Positions 38,675 to 51,000 of a stretch of 60,000 nt of DNA are shown piece by piece. A program made the position numbers and the translations under genes. The notes under the pieces were generated by a model. It worked only from the letters and a program-made list of their open reading frames with translations, ran no database searches and was not told the origin of the DNA. Origin of the DNA: Callorhinchus milii (Eukaryota); the NCBI RefSeq assembly GCF_018977255.1, contig NW_024704742.1, positions 65,226,001 through 65,286,000 on the forward strand, given 5' to 3'. The first letter of the stretch is position 1, and the number at the start of each line of letters is the position of its first letter.

Positions 38675-40675
38675 CAAGATCTGATTTACTTGTTTTTCCA
38701 TTAGGTTAGTTGCCAGACAAATCATCAGTCTTTGTTCTGGTTAACTTCATTTTGTAGATTTGTGGGAATGCTTTCTCTCAAAAACACAATGTTCTTTTTC
38801 ACAGTAATTCTCAGTCAGGATGCGAAGCTAGTGTTGTCTAAATTTTGCCAGTTCATTTTAAGCTGGTTTGTTGGGAGAATTGTGTACTGCAGAATTGACT
38901 GCATAACCCAGTAATTTCATATTGTAGAAGTATTTCTCCAGAAGGTTGTTTTGAATATTATGTTTACCTGGTATAAAGAAAAATTCTGCTAAATGTTCTT
39001 CAGTGTTCCCTAATATAGTAAATTTTAGTATTAAATGTTGTTATTTTTCTTCCTCTACTTGCTGAAAATAGTAAGATCGAAGATTGAAATTAAAGTGGGT
39101 TTGTTAGACTAACCTTTTGGAGTTTGCCGCAGTTCCTATTCTGCCCTCTGGTTTGTCAGTTGAATCCCCAATAATAGTTTATAAATAATATGAAGGTTAT
39201 GTACATCATAGATAGCATGTAGCTATGCTATGCAGTTAGATCTGAAATGTGATTTGCTATCTTTGCTGCATATTTTCTATAATCAAACTTAAATTATTAA
39301 ATGAACTGTTATCATTGAAATGTATGATTTTCTTTAATACAGGTGTGTGAAACATGTATTACATGTGTCATATATTATACATATATGCATATTTGTAAAG
39401 CAGTCAAGGATCCTGAAGTGGTTCTTTGCATTCTAGAGGAAGTTATTCCCTTGAATTGCAGAAATAATAATCCTTGAATTTAATATAGTGCCTATAAGCA
39501 TTTAACATCTCAGAGTTTCTGTGAAGTATGGTAACTGTATTTGTAGGTGAACATAGCAGCTAATTCATACAAGCAATGTCCCATAAACATCCATGACGAG
39601 TTTACATTAGGATTAAAATTTGTTCTGGATTTAGTTTTGGGAATCCATGATGAACTTTTGGTTATCTTCGATTTATTTGTTTTTGTAGTTTGAGCAAATG
39701 CTGAAGTTCTAGTCAGGGTTTCCCTTCCGATTATCAAAACCCTGTTGGAGATTGCATGTGAATGACCTGTGATAACCTGCCATTGGTAAATTGTCTGCTG
39801 GCACATTCTATCCCATCTTAGAAAAATATATAAAACTGTTTTGTTTTTTTAAAAAAGTGACAGGCTACAGGCACATGGAAAACAATATCCTTGCAGATTT
39901 TGATGTTTCCAGGAGATGTCTTGGAGGAAATTCTTGGGGAAATTCAACTTTCTTGGGGGAAATTAGGAAAGATAAATTAGAAATCTTCAGTTTATATAGT
40001 GGATTGAGGACAACCAACCAATGACATTTTATTTCAAATGAGTTGTAGCATCATATTTTTACTGTCTCTTATTTTTTAAATTTTAAAGTTTAGCTTTATC
40101 CATCTGCATTTTGTCGAGACAATTTAGGTTTCATATATTCAAAAAATAAGGACAATAGCAAATGTAGTGTGTACGATAAGCACAGCCTCTGAATTTCTCA
40201 GCTGAGAAGGATTTTTCATCATCTGAGACCTCACACATTTTCAGGACATTTGCATCTCCATCATTTGCATCTCTTGAAAGAGGGGGCGGGGGGGCGCGGG
40301 GAGAGTGCAAGGGACAAGCCAGTGCCAGTCGAACAGAGGCATCGGATGGTGCATTTGGGAGTGAGGAGGTGGGAGAGGTAGGGAGGTGCCAGGGAGTGAA
40401 TGGATTTGAACACAAATGTGAGGATCTTGAAGTTGATCCGATCAGTGATGGGGCAGCCAGTGGAGCCTGGTCAGGACTGGTGAGTTTAAAGCTCCTTTCA
40501 CTTCCGGAGGACGTCCCAATGATTATAAGTTATACATTTATAGTTATCATTATAAAGGTGCCTCAGCGAAAATCAAATCTTTCAAGGATAAGTGTGTCTA
40601 TCTGTGTGTCAATCTGCATTCCATATTTGATCCTTTGGTTGCAGGTGTAGCTGGAATGGGTACAGTTAGGTACAA

Positions 40676-41210
40676 TAACAGCAAATCACATTTTGTATAG
40701 TGACTTTCACGTCGGGAGGAAGTCCCAAGACAAGGGAGGGGGCGAGGCGGAGGGACTGCGGGATGGAGTTCCAGAGGGTAGGGGCAGAGTGGCTGAAGGT
40801 CCGTCTGCCAATGGTGGGCCGAGTGAGCTGGGGGACGTGAAGCAGGTAGGAGCCTGTTAAGTGGAGGGAGCGAGACGGAATGTTAGCGGGTTAGGAGGTC
40901 GCAGAGGTAAGGGGGAACAAGACCATGTGGGGCTTTGAAGGTGAGGACCAGGATCTTGAACTGTATCCTCTGTGTGATGGGAAGCCAGTGCAGTCAGACG
41001 AGGATTGAGGTGATAGGGTCATGGAGCCTGACGCAGGAGAGGACATGGGCTGCAGATTTCTGGCACCATCTGCAGTCTATGGAGGAAGGAGATGGGGAGG
41101 CCGGCAAGCAAGGACTTTGCTTAGTGAAGCTTCAATATAATGAACGTGTGTATGAGGGTTTCAGCGAGTTGCGGTGTGAGACAGAGGCGCGGCGGGCAAT
41201 GTTGTGGTAA
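40676..41210 (-). mobile_element. L2 3' fragment
   Basis: Reverse complement resembles 700-1300. Confidence 0.8.
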
Positions 41211-42217
41211 ATTCTAAAGGCACCGTACTTCAAACTGCATGCAGAGCAGCTCTGTTAAATGGCTGTCTGGATTCATTATAAGCAAAGAGTAAAGAATGGC
41301 TGTCTTAGAATCATTGAAATTTACAGAACAGGACGTTGTCGTTGTCCCATAGAGTTTGAACCAACTTTCAGACCCAGGGGTTCATTCAATCCCATTGCCC
41401 TGCCTTATCCCTCATACCAATATCTTCTGAGTTGTTGGATCAATGGAGTCCTGTAGCTCAGTGGTTAGAGCGCTCACTTCGCAAGTGACAGACCTGGGTT
41501 CGATTCCCAGTAGAGTGAAACCTTGGGCAAGTTTCCCTACTCCACATGCCTAATAATAATACCCCAAAAAATAAGTTGGTCGCTTCAATTGAAGCGCTTT
41601 GGGACGTCCTCCTGACGTGAAAAGTGCTATATCAAATGCAAGTATTATTAATCCAATCTGAAGTGTGGGATCTGTTTGTAGGACACTGCTGTGCGCAAAT
41701 GGCTGCCTCATTTCGTCCACAAATATACAGTCAATTCACTTTACAGTATATTCTGTGAAGGCTTTGAGATATCTAGATGTGATTCAGTGCTATATCAAAT
41801 GCAAGGAGTATTTTTATTTTCTTTGTGAAGTGAAATCATCAGTACCTCTGACTCGTCAGCTCTGGAAACCATATATATCACAAGACTTTTAGCTACAAGT
41901 GACACATGCTCAACCAGTATGATTTCAAATGGGTACCACAGTTTTTGAAGGTTGTTGGTCTTTTCTACAGTCATTTTTGAATTTCCTGATGATTGCTATG
42001 TTCTCAAATCAATTATTATTGTCTAATGTAGTTACGGCATGTTTGATGGCTAATTCATCTTGCTTTATGAAGTGCATTGTAATTTGCTATTTTTTCTTCC
42101 AATTTTCATGGCAAATGATGTAGAAATTTGTATTTGAACCAAAGGTTTAGAAGATCAGATCCCTGGATTGTCTGTCACTCATTCATGGCTTGCAATGAAT
42201 TGCAATGAATGTGCAAT

Positions 42218-42574
42218 TGCCTCCTCCCTTTCCTCCTTCAAGGCCGGTCTCAAGACCTTTCTCTTTGACCGTACCTTCAGCTCCTCTCTCAACTCTCTAC
42301 CCCCTCCTCGCCCCTCCCTTCCCTCCCCTCACCCTGACCATTTCCCCCCTCCTCGCTCCCTCCCTTCCCTCCCCCTGACCATTTCCCCCCTCCTCACTCC
42401 CTCCCTCCCTTCCCTCCCCCTGACCATTTCCCCCCTCCTCGCTCCCTCCCTCCCTTCCCTCACTCTGACCATTTCCCCCCAATGCTCGGGTCCTGACCCA
42501 ACTGTACAGCGCCTTGGGACGTCCTCCCGACGTGAAAGGCGCTCAATAAGTGGAATCTTGTTGTTGTTGTTGTT
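42218..42574 (+). mobile_element. L2 3' end with ~41-bp tandem expansion (x4) in the 3' UTR
   Basis: SSFKAGLKTFLF; repeated CCCTGACCATTTCCCCCCTCCTCGCTCCCTCCCTTCC; (TTG)n tail. Confidence 0.88.
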
Positions 42575-43614
42575 CCAAGGCATTTCACTCCAGTTGAGAT
42601 GAGCAGAAGATCTCCAGCTTGTTTGTTCCAGTTTTTTTTAAAAAATCATCTCTAACTGCCAAACCATCTTCTCTGATCTCTGATCTGGCTTACAGATGGT
42701 TGACAGCAGGAGCAGTTTCTCTGCTATCCAGCTGGAATTGAACCTCATTAAATACTGAATCACACCTACAGTGTGAATTACATAATTGGAATGACAGGGA
42801 CCGAATAGCAGCAATTCCATTTCATGCTTCAGTTAATGATCGTGAACCTTTCCAGTTTAACTGAACAGCTGATTGGACTTGCTAGTTTGTGGCTCTCCTC
42901 TTATGTTTTTTGTTGGACAGAAACTTTGAATATTGCATTATGCCGGTGTCAGAGGCTCAGTTGTCAACACTCTTGCCTCTGGGCCTGAGTATCATAGGCT
43001 CAAGCCCCGTGTCGGGGTTTGAGCTCACACTTTAGGCTGACACACAGCGTATTGCTGGAAAGGAATACTTCATTGTTAGAGGTGTTTCCCTTCAGGTAAG
43101 ATATTAATCCCATCTGCCTGTTTAGGTGGGTGTTGACGATCCAATGACACTATTGGGAAAGAGGAGTGTGTTTTGTATTTTGCGGGTGGGGGGGGAGCAC
43201 GGAAGGGTGATGTTGGATTGAGGGCAGGACCAGGCTCAGCATTTTTAGGACTTCCTGTATGTGTGTGTGTGTATAATATATATAATATTGTAAGACCCAT
43301 AATATCTTACTGATAATGATACCATGACTAGCACCATGCAAAATGTGAATAATGGAAACTTTACATGTTACAAGCGAATGGTGAAATAAAGTTGCATGCT
43401 GTGCATCCCAAGCAAAAAATATTGGATATATTTGAAACGAACTTACCTGCACTGCTCAGCCAGCCGCGGGTCAGTCAACAAACATTCGTGACGAGCAGCC
43501 TGGTACCAAGGGAAAAGCTCGCCCTCAGCCAACTGTGTGATAGGCTATTGTGACTGTAGTGCAAGATCTCTGAGTAGAAATTTCAGACCTTGCCTTCTGT
43601 GAGTTTCTGCCTGA

Positions 43615-43984
43615 GTGGAGTCCTGTAGCTCAGTGGTTAGAGCACTTGCCTTGCAAGCGAGTTAACTGAGTTTGATTCCCAGGAGAGTGAAATGTTAGGC
43701 AAGCTTCCTTACTCCACACGCTGCTGTTTACCTAGCAGTAAATAGGAAGTCGGTTGTCCATCGATTGGCGAATTGCTTTTCTAAGGGTAATGATTTCTTT
43801 GGAAAAAAACAATAAATTGGTCACTTCAATCCACGACTGTTTGTGGGACACTAGTGTGCGCAATTGGCTGCCGCTTTTTCGCCCAAAAAATACACAGTCA
43901 TTCACTTTACAGTATATTCTGTGAAGCGCTTTGAGATGTCTTGAAGACATATTAAGGTGCTATATCAAATGCAAGGATTATTAT
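43615..43984 (+). mobile_element. tRNA-derived SINE (long subfamily)
   Basis: Full head, extra segment, (ATT)n tail. Confidence 0.88.
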
Positions 43985-45449
43985 ATCAGGAGTTCACTGT
44001 AATTCATATTGTAAATACCAAAACTTTTTTGCATTTATACAATTGGTGGAAGCCGCTGCATTTCTTGTTGTCTTTGAGTGGTCCTGAAAGCTGTGAGGAT
44101 CAAATCTGTGTTTTTTTTAACCTTAAACCTGATTTAAAGTGCAGCCAAGGTTATTTCTGAAGTTGGTGATTTTTCTTATGCAGTTTAGTCACACACATGC
44201 CAGCAATGTATAAAAATTTGCAGTGTCAGCCAGACTGTGATTTGCCTTCTTAACACCGTTTTATGCAGCTGCTAATTGATAGTCATACATTGAGAGCCTG
44301 ATCAAAGAAAGCTGCATAATCACTGCGCCTGACTGTAACACGGGCTGAGTTAATCTCAAGATTTTCTAATTTCAGAAGTTTCGATTGTAATGGGTTTGAA
44401 GTGCTTCATTTGACGACTTGATGCATTTTGTTGGTCTGGCTATGAAATAAGAATGGGTGAACAGGCAGTAAAATCTTAATCAGTGAGTAAATGGGCGATT
44501 TTTCAGACCATGTGTTAGTTTTTTTTTTGAACAATTAAATTACTTTGTTCAGAAAGTAGAGCCAGTGTATTCTGTGTATGGCCAGTGGAACCAAGCAAAG
44601 CTGGGGATGACCGCGGAGTCTGATACGGGAAAGGACATGGGCTGCAGAATTCTGGATAGTTACATGAGAAATTAAAGCATTTGGGGATGTTTTGTTTGAT
44701 TGCTGTGTGTTTTTAACCTTCAGCTTTCTTAATTTGCGAATGCAGTATGTTAACACCTAGAGTTCAACAAGATCTGACGTTTTTTAAATTGCCTAAAGGT
44801 AGATCCTGCTGGGTTAACTAATTGCCAAAAAAGTCATACAGAAGTTGTGAATCAAAACTTGAGTTGCATTTCAAGGATATTAGACAATAGTTCAATTCCA
44901 GATTTATGTAATGAACCATCAGAAACATGTAATGTTCACCATTTTTAAATCTGAAAGTGTAATAGTGCATTGAAGTAGGAGGTGAACCTCTTGAGCAGAT
45001 ACAACTGTGCTGTTTATTCCTAATCTCCAAAAGGTGTGCTTAGAATGATGTACTAAAAGTCCTAAAATACCCTAACGATCATTGAAATATTTCATTTTGT
45101 GGATAAGCCTTTGGGTTTATTCTGCATTTTTATATCCCAAAATTGGAGCAAATCAATGGTAATATCTTTTTGGCAAACATTACACTTTACAGTAATTCCT
45201 GTGAAGCGCCTTAGATGTACTTTCACCATGAAAGATATCATATCAAATAGAGTGCGTCTCTCTAAAACAAAGATTTTCACTGATGTTGTAAATATATAAC
45301 TACTTTTTTCTTCTCTTGAGTCCATAAAATAAATGATAAAATCACGTATTGTATTTTTGTAATCAAGCTGAGTACTGCACTAAATGATCTAATCACCAGA
45401 TTGTTTAGCACCTGGGAGAACCTATTACGACTTTCCTGCGGTGTAACTT

Positions 45450-46230
45450 TGTTGAGTTGTAACTCTTTCGTTCGTCCCAACCGTCGTCTTACAACCAGAC
45501 CATACTCCGTGGAAATATCCAAAGTAAGATTTATTGCAATTGCAAGAGCTGATTCAAGAGCAGTCAACAGTCTCTAAGAAGAGCACCGGACAGTCAAAAG
45601 AATGAGCTGCTTTTGGTCAGTTAAAGCAGCCTTTTTATCCCCAAAAGTGCTCAAGGTCGTAAAGCATACAAAGGCAATTAAAAAAACTTTATCAATCATG
45701 TAGTTCCAACGACTATTCGAATGGTGACGTCAATCGATCTATATCTGTAGACAAGGTTAAATGTCATCTACTTAATTAGTATCCATTCATGTTGATTATT
45801 ATTCTTTAAAATATCAATCAAATATAATTGGCATAGAATATGTACCTGATTAATACCGTTGTCTAAAGTATACAAGATCCAATCTAAAGCTATCTAACAA
45901 GAATACAACCTTTAAAATTTATAATACAGAGTAAGAAATAACGAGGGAAGGGATCTCAGGTTAGGGGAGGATTCAGGGACGTTAGAGGCATAAGTTTATC
46001 TCCCGATGGTGTTTGTGTCAGACAATGACCTATTCATTTCAAAGTTGCAGAAGTTACTGCTTCTCTGCTTCCATGGAATGTCCACCCAGATAAGGATGCA
46101 GTTGGCATTGCCAAGTCTGAGTTTTCCCAGGACTTGTTTTTTTAATGTTTCAGCTAATGTTTGACTTAAAAAGGCATAACATTATTTCTAGGTATAAAAG
46201 ATTTTTCTACAATTTCACTACAATTTCACA
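45450..46230 (-). repeat. ERV 3' LTR (781 bp)
   Basis: Preceded by PPT; differs from the 5' LTR by 4 substitutions and 3 indels (1, 5 and 22 bp) on manual comparison; CRE at 45725-45732; AATAAA (minus) at 45529-45534. Confidence 0.97.
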
Positions 46231-46242
46231 TTCCCTCCTTTT
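46231..46242 (-). other. Polypurine tract AAAAGGAGGGAA
   Basis: Immediately 5' of the TG of the 3' LTR. Confidence 0.92.
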
Positions 46243-46275
46243 ATCATATCCCATATGATAACACCAAATTGTTGC

Positions 46276-48075
46276 TTATACCTCCTGCGTACCATTTTCA
46301 TCCTTCCAATATTTCCTGTCCCTGTTTACTTGTCGTTCCACTAACTCTCTATTTATTTCCTCCTTAGTACAAGTCGTTGCACAACCATATACTAATTTAA
46401 CTACTAATAGCAATGCCAAAATCCAAAATATCCACTCTAGTATTGCAGTTCCCCATCCATTCCGTATAGTGCCAATCCAACAGAATGGTGACCAGCCGCA
46501 ACTACCCTTATGTTTATCAATGTCCCCTGCCTCATCACCTGCTTCCTTGACTTTTTCACTTTCTTCAGTTATATTTGATGAATAATCATTTATCCAGGAG
46601 CAACATTCTGGACCAATTATAGCGCATGCTCCTCCTTGAGTGGCCAAAGTCATGTCTAACGCCATCCTGTTCTGCATTGTCATTTTTCTGATGGCTTGTT
46701 GTTCTTTATTTAAACGATCAATACTCAATGATGTAGCTCTTGACATTTCTTGAAGGTTGCCTGCAAGGGCTCTTATTTCTGCTAGTGACACCTCTGTTCC
46801 ATATAGTGGAACGAAGGTGGATAACAGTTCTGTATACCATTGGTTGTCGTACCATCGCATACTCCTCTTATGCCGATGTAGTCCTTTTTGTTTTAACCTT
46901 TTCATCTGTGTTACTCGAGCATCCTCTTCTGGGGTATCGCTGGTGTACCTGAAAGAAGGCACTACATAAGCTAGACCACATCTTCCGAGCCACCCATTAG
47001 GCAACCATTTGTAGGCTGTATCTCCACATATCCAATGAAGTTCATCTGGAGTTTGAATAGAACAGGAATGTGACATTAATATCACCTTGGCCAGTGCTGG
47101 TGTAATACTCTGAAGGCACTGTGATACTGGTTTAACTATTCCCTTGGCATTAGACACTAAAGGGTTCGCATCAGGGATTATTGAGTCCCCCTGGACTATC
47201 ACGCTACATTTAGAGGAAGGCAGTTGTCCTAATTCCTTTCCAGTCATTAGCATATAATTGTTGTTATTGGGAGCAAAACCCTTTCTGTCCCAGTTTTCCA
47301 GACACCATTCAAAAACTGGTACTATCTTAACCTCCATGCTTGGTGGCATATCATCACATCTAATGCAGTCTTCGGAGGGGTTTGTTTTATCTTCTTCCCC
47401 TTGAAAACAGGTGATGGGTGTATAACGACTAGCTTTCATATTAATACTACAATTATTTCTTTCGTTGGCTGTCAGGTAACATAAATCACAGTCAGTAGAG
47501 GCAATAGCCATCATTGTTATACCGGAACCTACAGAGCGAGGCTGTGGCATGCATATCACCCTTCTCGTACTGTTGTTGGCATATTGCCTTACTAAGCCCA
47601 AATACTGAAGGAACAAATTCTCCTTCTCTGAGTGTTTTTGATAATTAACCCTTAAGTGTTTAGTCATGACCAGGTTATTATTAGTTTTGGCATTCCCATC
47701 TAAAAGGTCCATTTTAGCTCTAATTCCTGTATCCTTTTTGCATGTCAAGTCTCCCAATCTGGTATATTGCATGTTACAGCATCCCGTTTGTAATGTAATA
47801 CCAGTTCCTGTAGTAAACCTGCAGGAAGTTTCATTTCTGCGGCTACAGTTAGTGTTACCATTCTGACTTTCCAAATAAACCAATTCTTCTTCATTTCCCT
47901 TACGTATCGACACTATCGCTAACAGTTGTTGGAAAGCGTCCCCTGGTTCTAATGCTAAAGTTTGGTTAGTCAGGTTAGTAAACGTCATGTACACGTCCTT
48001 TCCATGTGTTATGTTTACACAACATAATATCATTATGTATACGTAAGTCTTTTGCAGTGGTTCAATTGAACCCAT
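46276..48075 (-). CDS. env: ERV env, intact 599 aa, gamma-type TM
   Basis: First ATG at 48075 (the track start is GTG); hydrophobic signal segment, furin site RHKR 46875-46864, fusion peptide, ISD MQNRMALDMTLATQGG, CX6CC CAIIGPECC 46626-46600, TM helix, stop 33 nt before PPT. Confidence 0.92.
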   Translation of the reverse strand: MGSIEPLQKTYVYIMILCCVNITHGKDVYMTFTNLTNQTLALEPGDAFQQLLAIVSIRKGNEEELVYLESQNGNTNCSRRNETSCRFTTGTGITLQTGCCNMQYTRLGDLTCKKDTGIRAKMDLLDGNAKTNNNLVMTKHLRVNYQKHSEKENLFLQYLGLVRQYANNSTRRVICMPQPRSVGSGITMMAIASTDCDLCYLTANERNNCSINMKASRYTPITCFQGEEDKTNPSEDCIRCDDMPPSMEVKIVPVFEWCLENWDRKGFAPNNNNYMLMTGKELGQLPSSKCSVIVQGDSIIPDANPLVSNAKGIVKPVSQCLQSITPALAKVILMSHSCSIQTPDELHWICGDTAYKWLPNGWLGRCGLAYVVPSFRYTSDTPEEDARVTQMKRLKQKGLHRHKRSMRWYDNQWYTELLSTFVPLYGTEVSLAEIRALAGNLQEMSRATSLSIDRLNKEQQAIRKMTMQNRMALDMTLATQGGACAIIGPECCSWINDYSSNITEESEKVKEAGDEAGDIDKHKGSCGWSPFCWIGTIRNGWGTAILEWIFWILALLLVVKLVYGCATTCTKEEINRELVERQVNRDRKYWKDENGTQEV

Positions 48076-51000
48076 TTCTCTCGTCCTTGTAGCTTGGCAG
48101 CAGTCGGTGTTGTTAGCAGCACTTGAAATGGCCCATTCCACCGGGGTTCCAATTTTTTGTGGGTCCAGTTGCGAATCAAGACGTAGTCTCCCGCTTGTAT
48201 CCGAGGACCAACGTCCTTCGAATCTTCCGTCTGTCCGCCTCCCTCCTTGTGTAGGTTCTGGACCTGTGAATGATACTGCTGCAAGCTTTTTGTTAGAGCA
48301 ATCACATAATCATGTACTTCGCTTGTCATCTCATAAATGTTAGAAGGATTATGTTTCTGGGAAAAAGCCCAGGGAGTTTGCAATGTTTTTCCGTATAATA
48401 TTTCAGCCGGAGACAGCTTGGTTTGCCGTTGTGGTGTGACTCTCATTTGGAATAAGAGCCATAGGTAGAATTTTAAACCAGCTCAGTCCCGTTTCTTCAG
48501 ACAATTTTGAAAGTTTGAGTTTCAATGTTTGATTAGCCCTCTCCACCAATCCTGCAGATTGAGGATGGTATGGACAGTGAAACTGCTGTTTGATGTTTAA
48601 TTGGTCACAAAGTTCTTTGTTTATCCGGGCTGTGAAGTGTGGTCCGTTGTCTGAACTTATACAACTGGGAATTCCAAATCGTGGTATTATTTCTCTTAAT
48701 AAAATTTTTACAACTGTTTCTGCAGTGTTGCAGGTAGTTGGATAAGCTTCTATCCACTTACTGAATACATCTACAATTACTAGACAATATTTGTAACACT
48801 GAGTTTTTGGCAATTCAATGAAATCTAGTTGAATTGTATCAAATGGCCCTGCTGGAAGAGGAGTACGGCCTAGGGGGCATGGTGTTCCTTTTCCAATGTT
48901 AAATTTTTGGCAAATTAAACATCTTTGTATTACCTTTTGGGCGCTTTGGTCAAATAAAGGGCTCCACCATGATTGCAGTAATAACCCCACCATTCCCTCC
49001 TTGCCAGCATGCATTTGTTGATGAACAACATCAACTAACCATGGTAGTAAGCTAAGTGGAACACAACACTGTCCGGCCGGAGTTAACCATACTTTTAAAT
49101 TGTCATCATATGTACATCCATTGTTTTCCCATTCTGTTATTTCATCTGTAGAGGCCTCTTTTTGTAATGAGATAACGTCATCTAAAGTTGGCATCTTTTT
49201 TACTTCAGAATCTGACTTTATCCCTGCGGATCTTTGAGCCATATTCGTCAATTTAGGAACAATTAATTTTTGCTCTCGAGATGCCAATTTAGCTGCTGCA
49301 TCAGCTCGTCTATTCCCATTGTCAACTGCTGAAGTCCTGGTTGTATGTGCTGCGCATTTAATGATAGCTAGCCTATTAGGTAGAAGTATGGCTTTCAGTA
49401 AATTAACTATTAAAGTCTTATTCTGTATGTCTTGGCCTGAACTGGTTAGGAAACCTCACTGTTTCCATATGTTCCGAAATCATGGGCTACCCCAAAAGCA
49501 TATCGGGAATCTGTATACATGTTAACGTCTTTTCCCTCTGCCAGTATGCTTGCTCTGGTAAGAGCAAACACCTCTGCTTGTTGTGCAGATGTTGGCTCTT
49601 CAAATGCTGCTGCTTCTATCTCCATTTCCCCTGTCACAATAGCATAGCCAGATTTTCGTTTCCCAAACTCATCAATAGAGGAACTCCCATCAACATATAA
49701 TGTTAAATCGACTTTGTCCAGGGGTATATCTGTTAAATCATCCCGTGGAGACGTAGTGTGCTGTATCACTTGAATGCAATCGTGATTTGCGTCATCTAAA
49801 TCAGCTGGCCGATGAGAGAGGAACGTTGCGGGGTTAATGTTTGTGCAGCAAACAAAGGATAGCTGAGGATTGCTGAGTAGGGCTGCCTCATATCTACTCT
49901 GTCGTGCCATAGTTAAATATTGTGTCTGCATTTGGCATAGTAATGCTGAAACAGAATGTGTCGTATGTACCACTGTGCTTGAGTTTAGTGTAATGTTCGA
50001 TGCAGCCTGTAAGCAAGTGTATATAGCTGCCAATATCTGAGTGCAGTGTGGCAGTCCTTTAGCAACAGCATCCAGTTGCGTGCTATAGTAGGCTACTGGT
50101 CGCTGTCGATCACCATGTAGTTGTGTCAATACCGCAGTAGCGCAAACCTCCAATACTGTCACATAAATGTGAAAAGGTTGATCGTATAATGGTCTCCCGA
50201 GTGCTGGTGCTGTTGCCAATACCGCTTTTAATGTGTTAAATGCCTCTAATTCTTTCTCAGGTAATTTGTATTGACTGTCTGTCAGAGTTGTAGAATAGGG
50301 TGTTAATAATTTAGTGTACAGTGTAACATTAGGTATCCATTGACGGCAATAATTGAGCAACCCCAAAAACTGTCGCATTTTAGTGGGTGTATTAGGAGGT
50401 GGCAAAGCTAATATTGGCGCTATTCTTCCTTGTTCTAATTGCCTGGTATGTGCCGATATTATTACTCCCAAAAATTTTACCGATGTTTGTCCTATCAATA
50501 TTTTCTGAGGTGGGACAACGTACCTGAGATTCTTTAACTCGTTAAGCAATTGAACGCTGCCTTTCTCGTTTGCATCCCTGCTGGAACTAGCCAACAACAA
50601 ATCGTCAATGTACTGTATTACCGTAGATCCCTCTTTTAACTTAATTTTTCGTAACTGTGATTGTAGTGTTGTGGAGAATATGGTAGGGGAATTCACGAAT
50701 CCTTGCAGGAGTCGTGTCCAAGTATATTGTCTTCCCTGGAAAGTAAATGCGAACAAATACTGACTAGATTTATCCAACGGTATAGAAAAAAATGCATTCT
50801 GTAAGTCTATCAGTGTAAAAACTTCAGTTTCTGCTGGTATCAGCGAACAAATAGTGGCGGGATTTGGTACTAGGGCATACGCTTCTTTAACAATTTTGTT
50901 AATAGCCCGTAAATCTTGCACCAGTCTATAATCCTCATTCTTTTTGAGTACTCGCAGTATTGGCGTATTGCATGGTGATGAACAAGCGACAAGTACGCCT

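Noticed and set aside
38241..38704. Recurrent ORFs MGKFPYSTQSL.../MTVYLWANAAAN...
   Set aside because: Translations of SINE copies
45277..45567. ORF MTALESALAIAINL... occurring twice (also 53769-54011)
   Set aside because: Duplicated only because it starts in the LTR; non-ATG start and runs out into unrelated flanks
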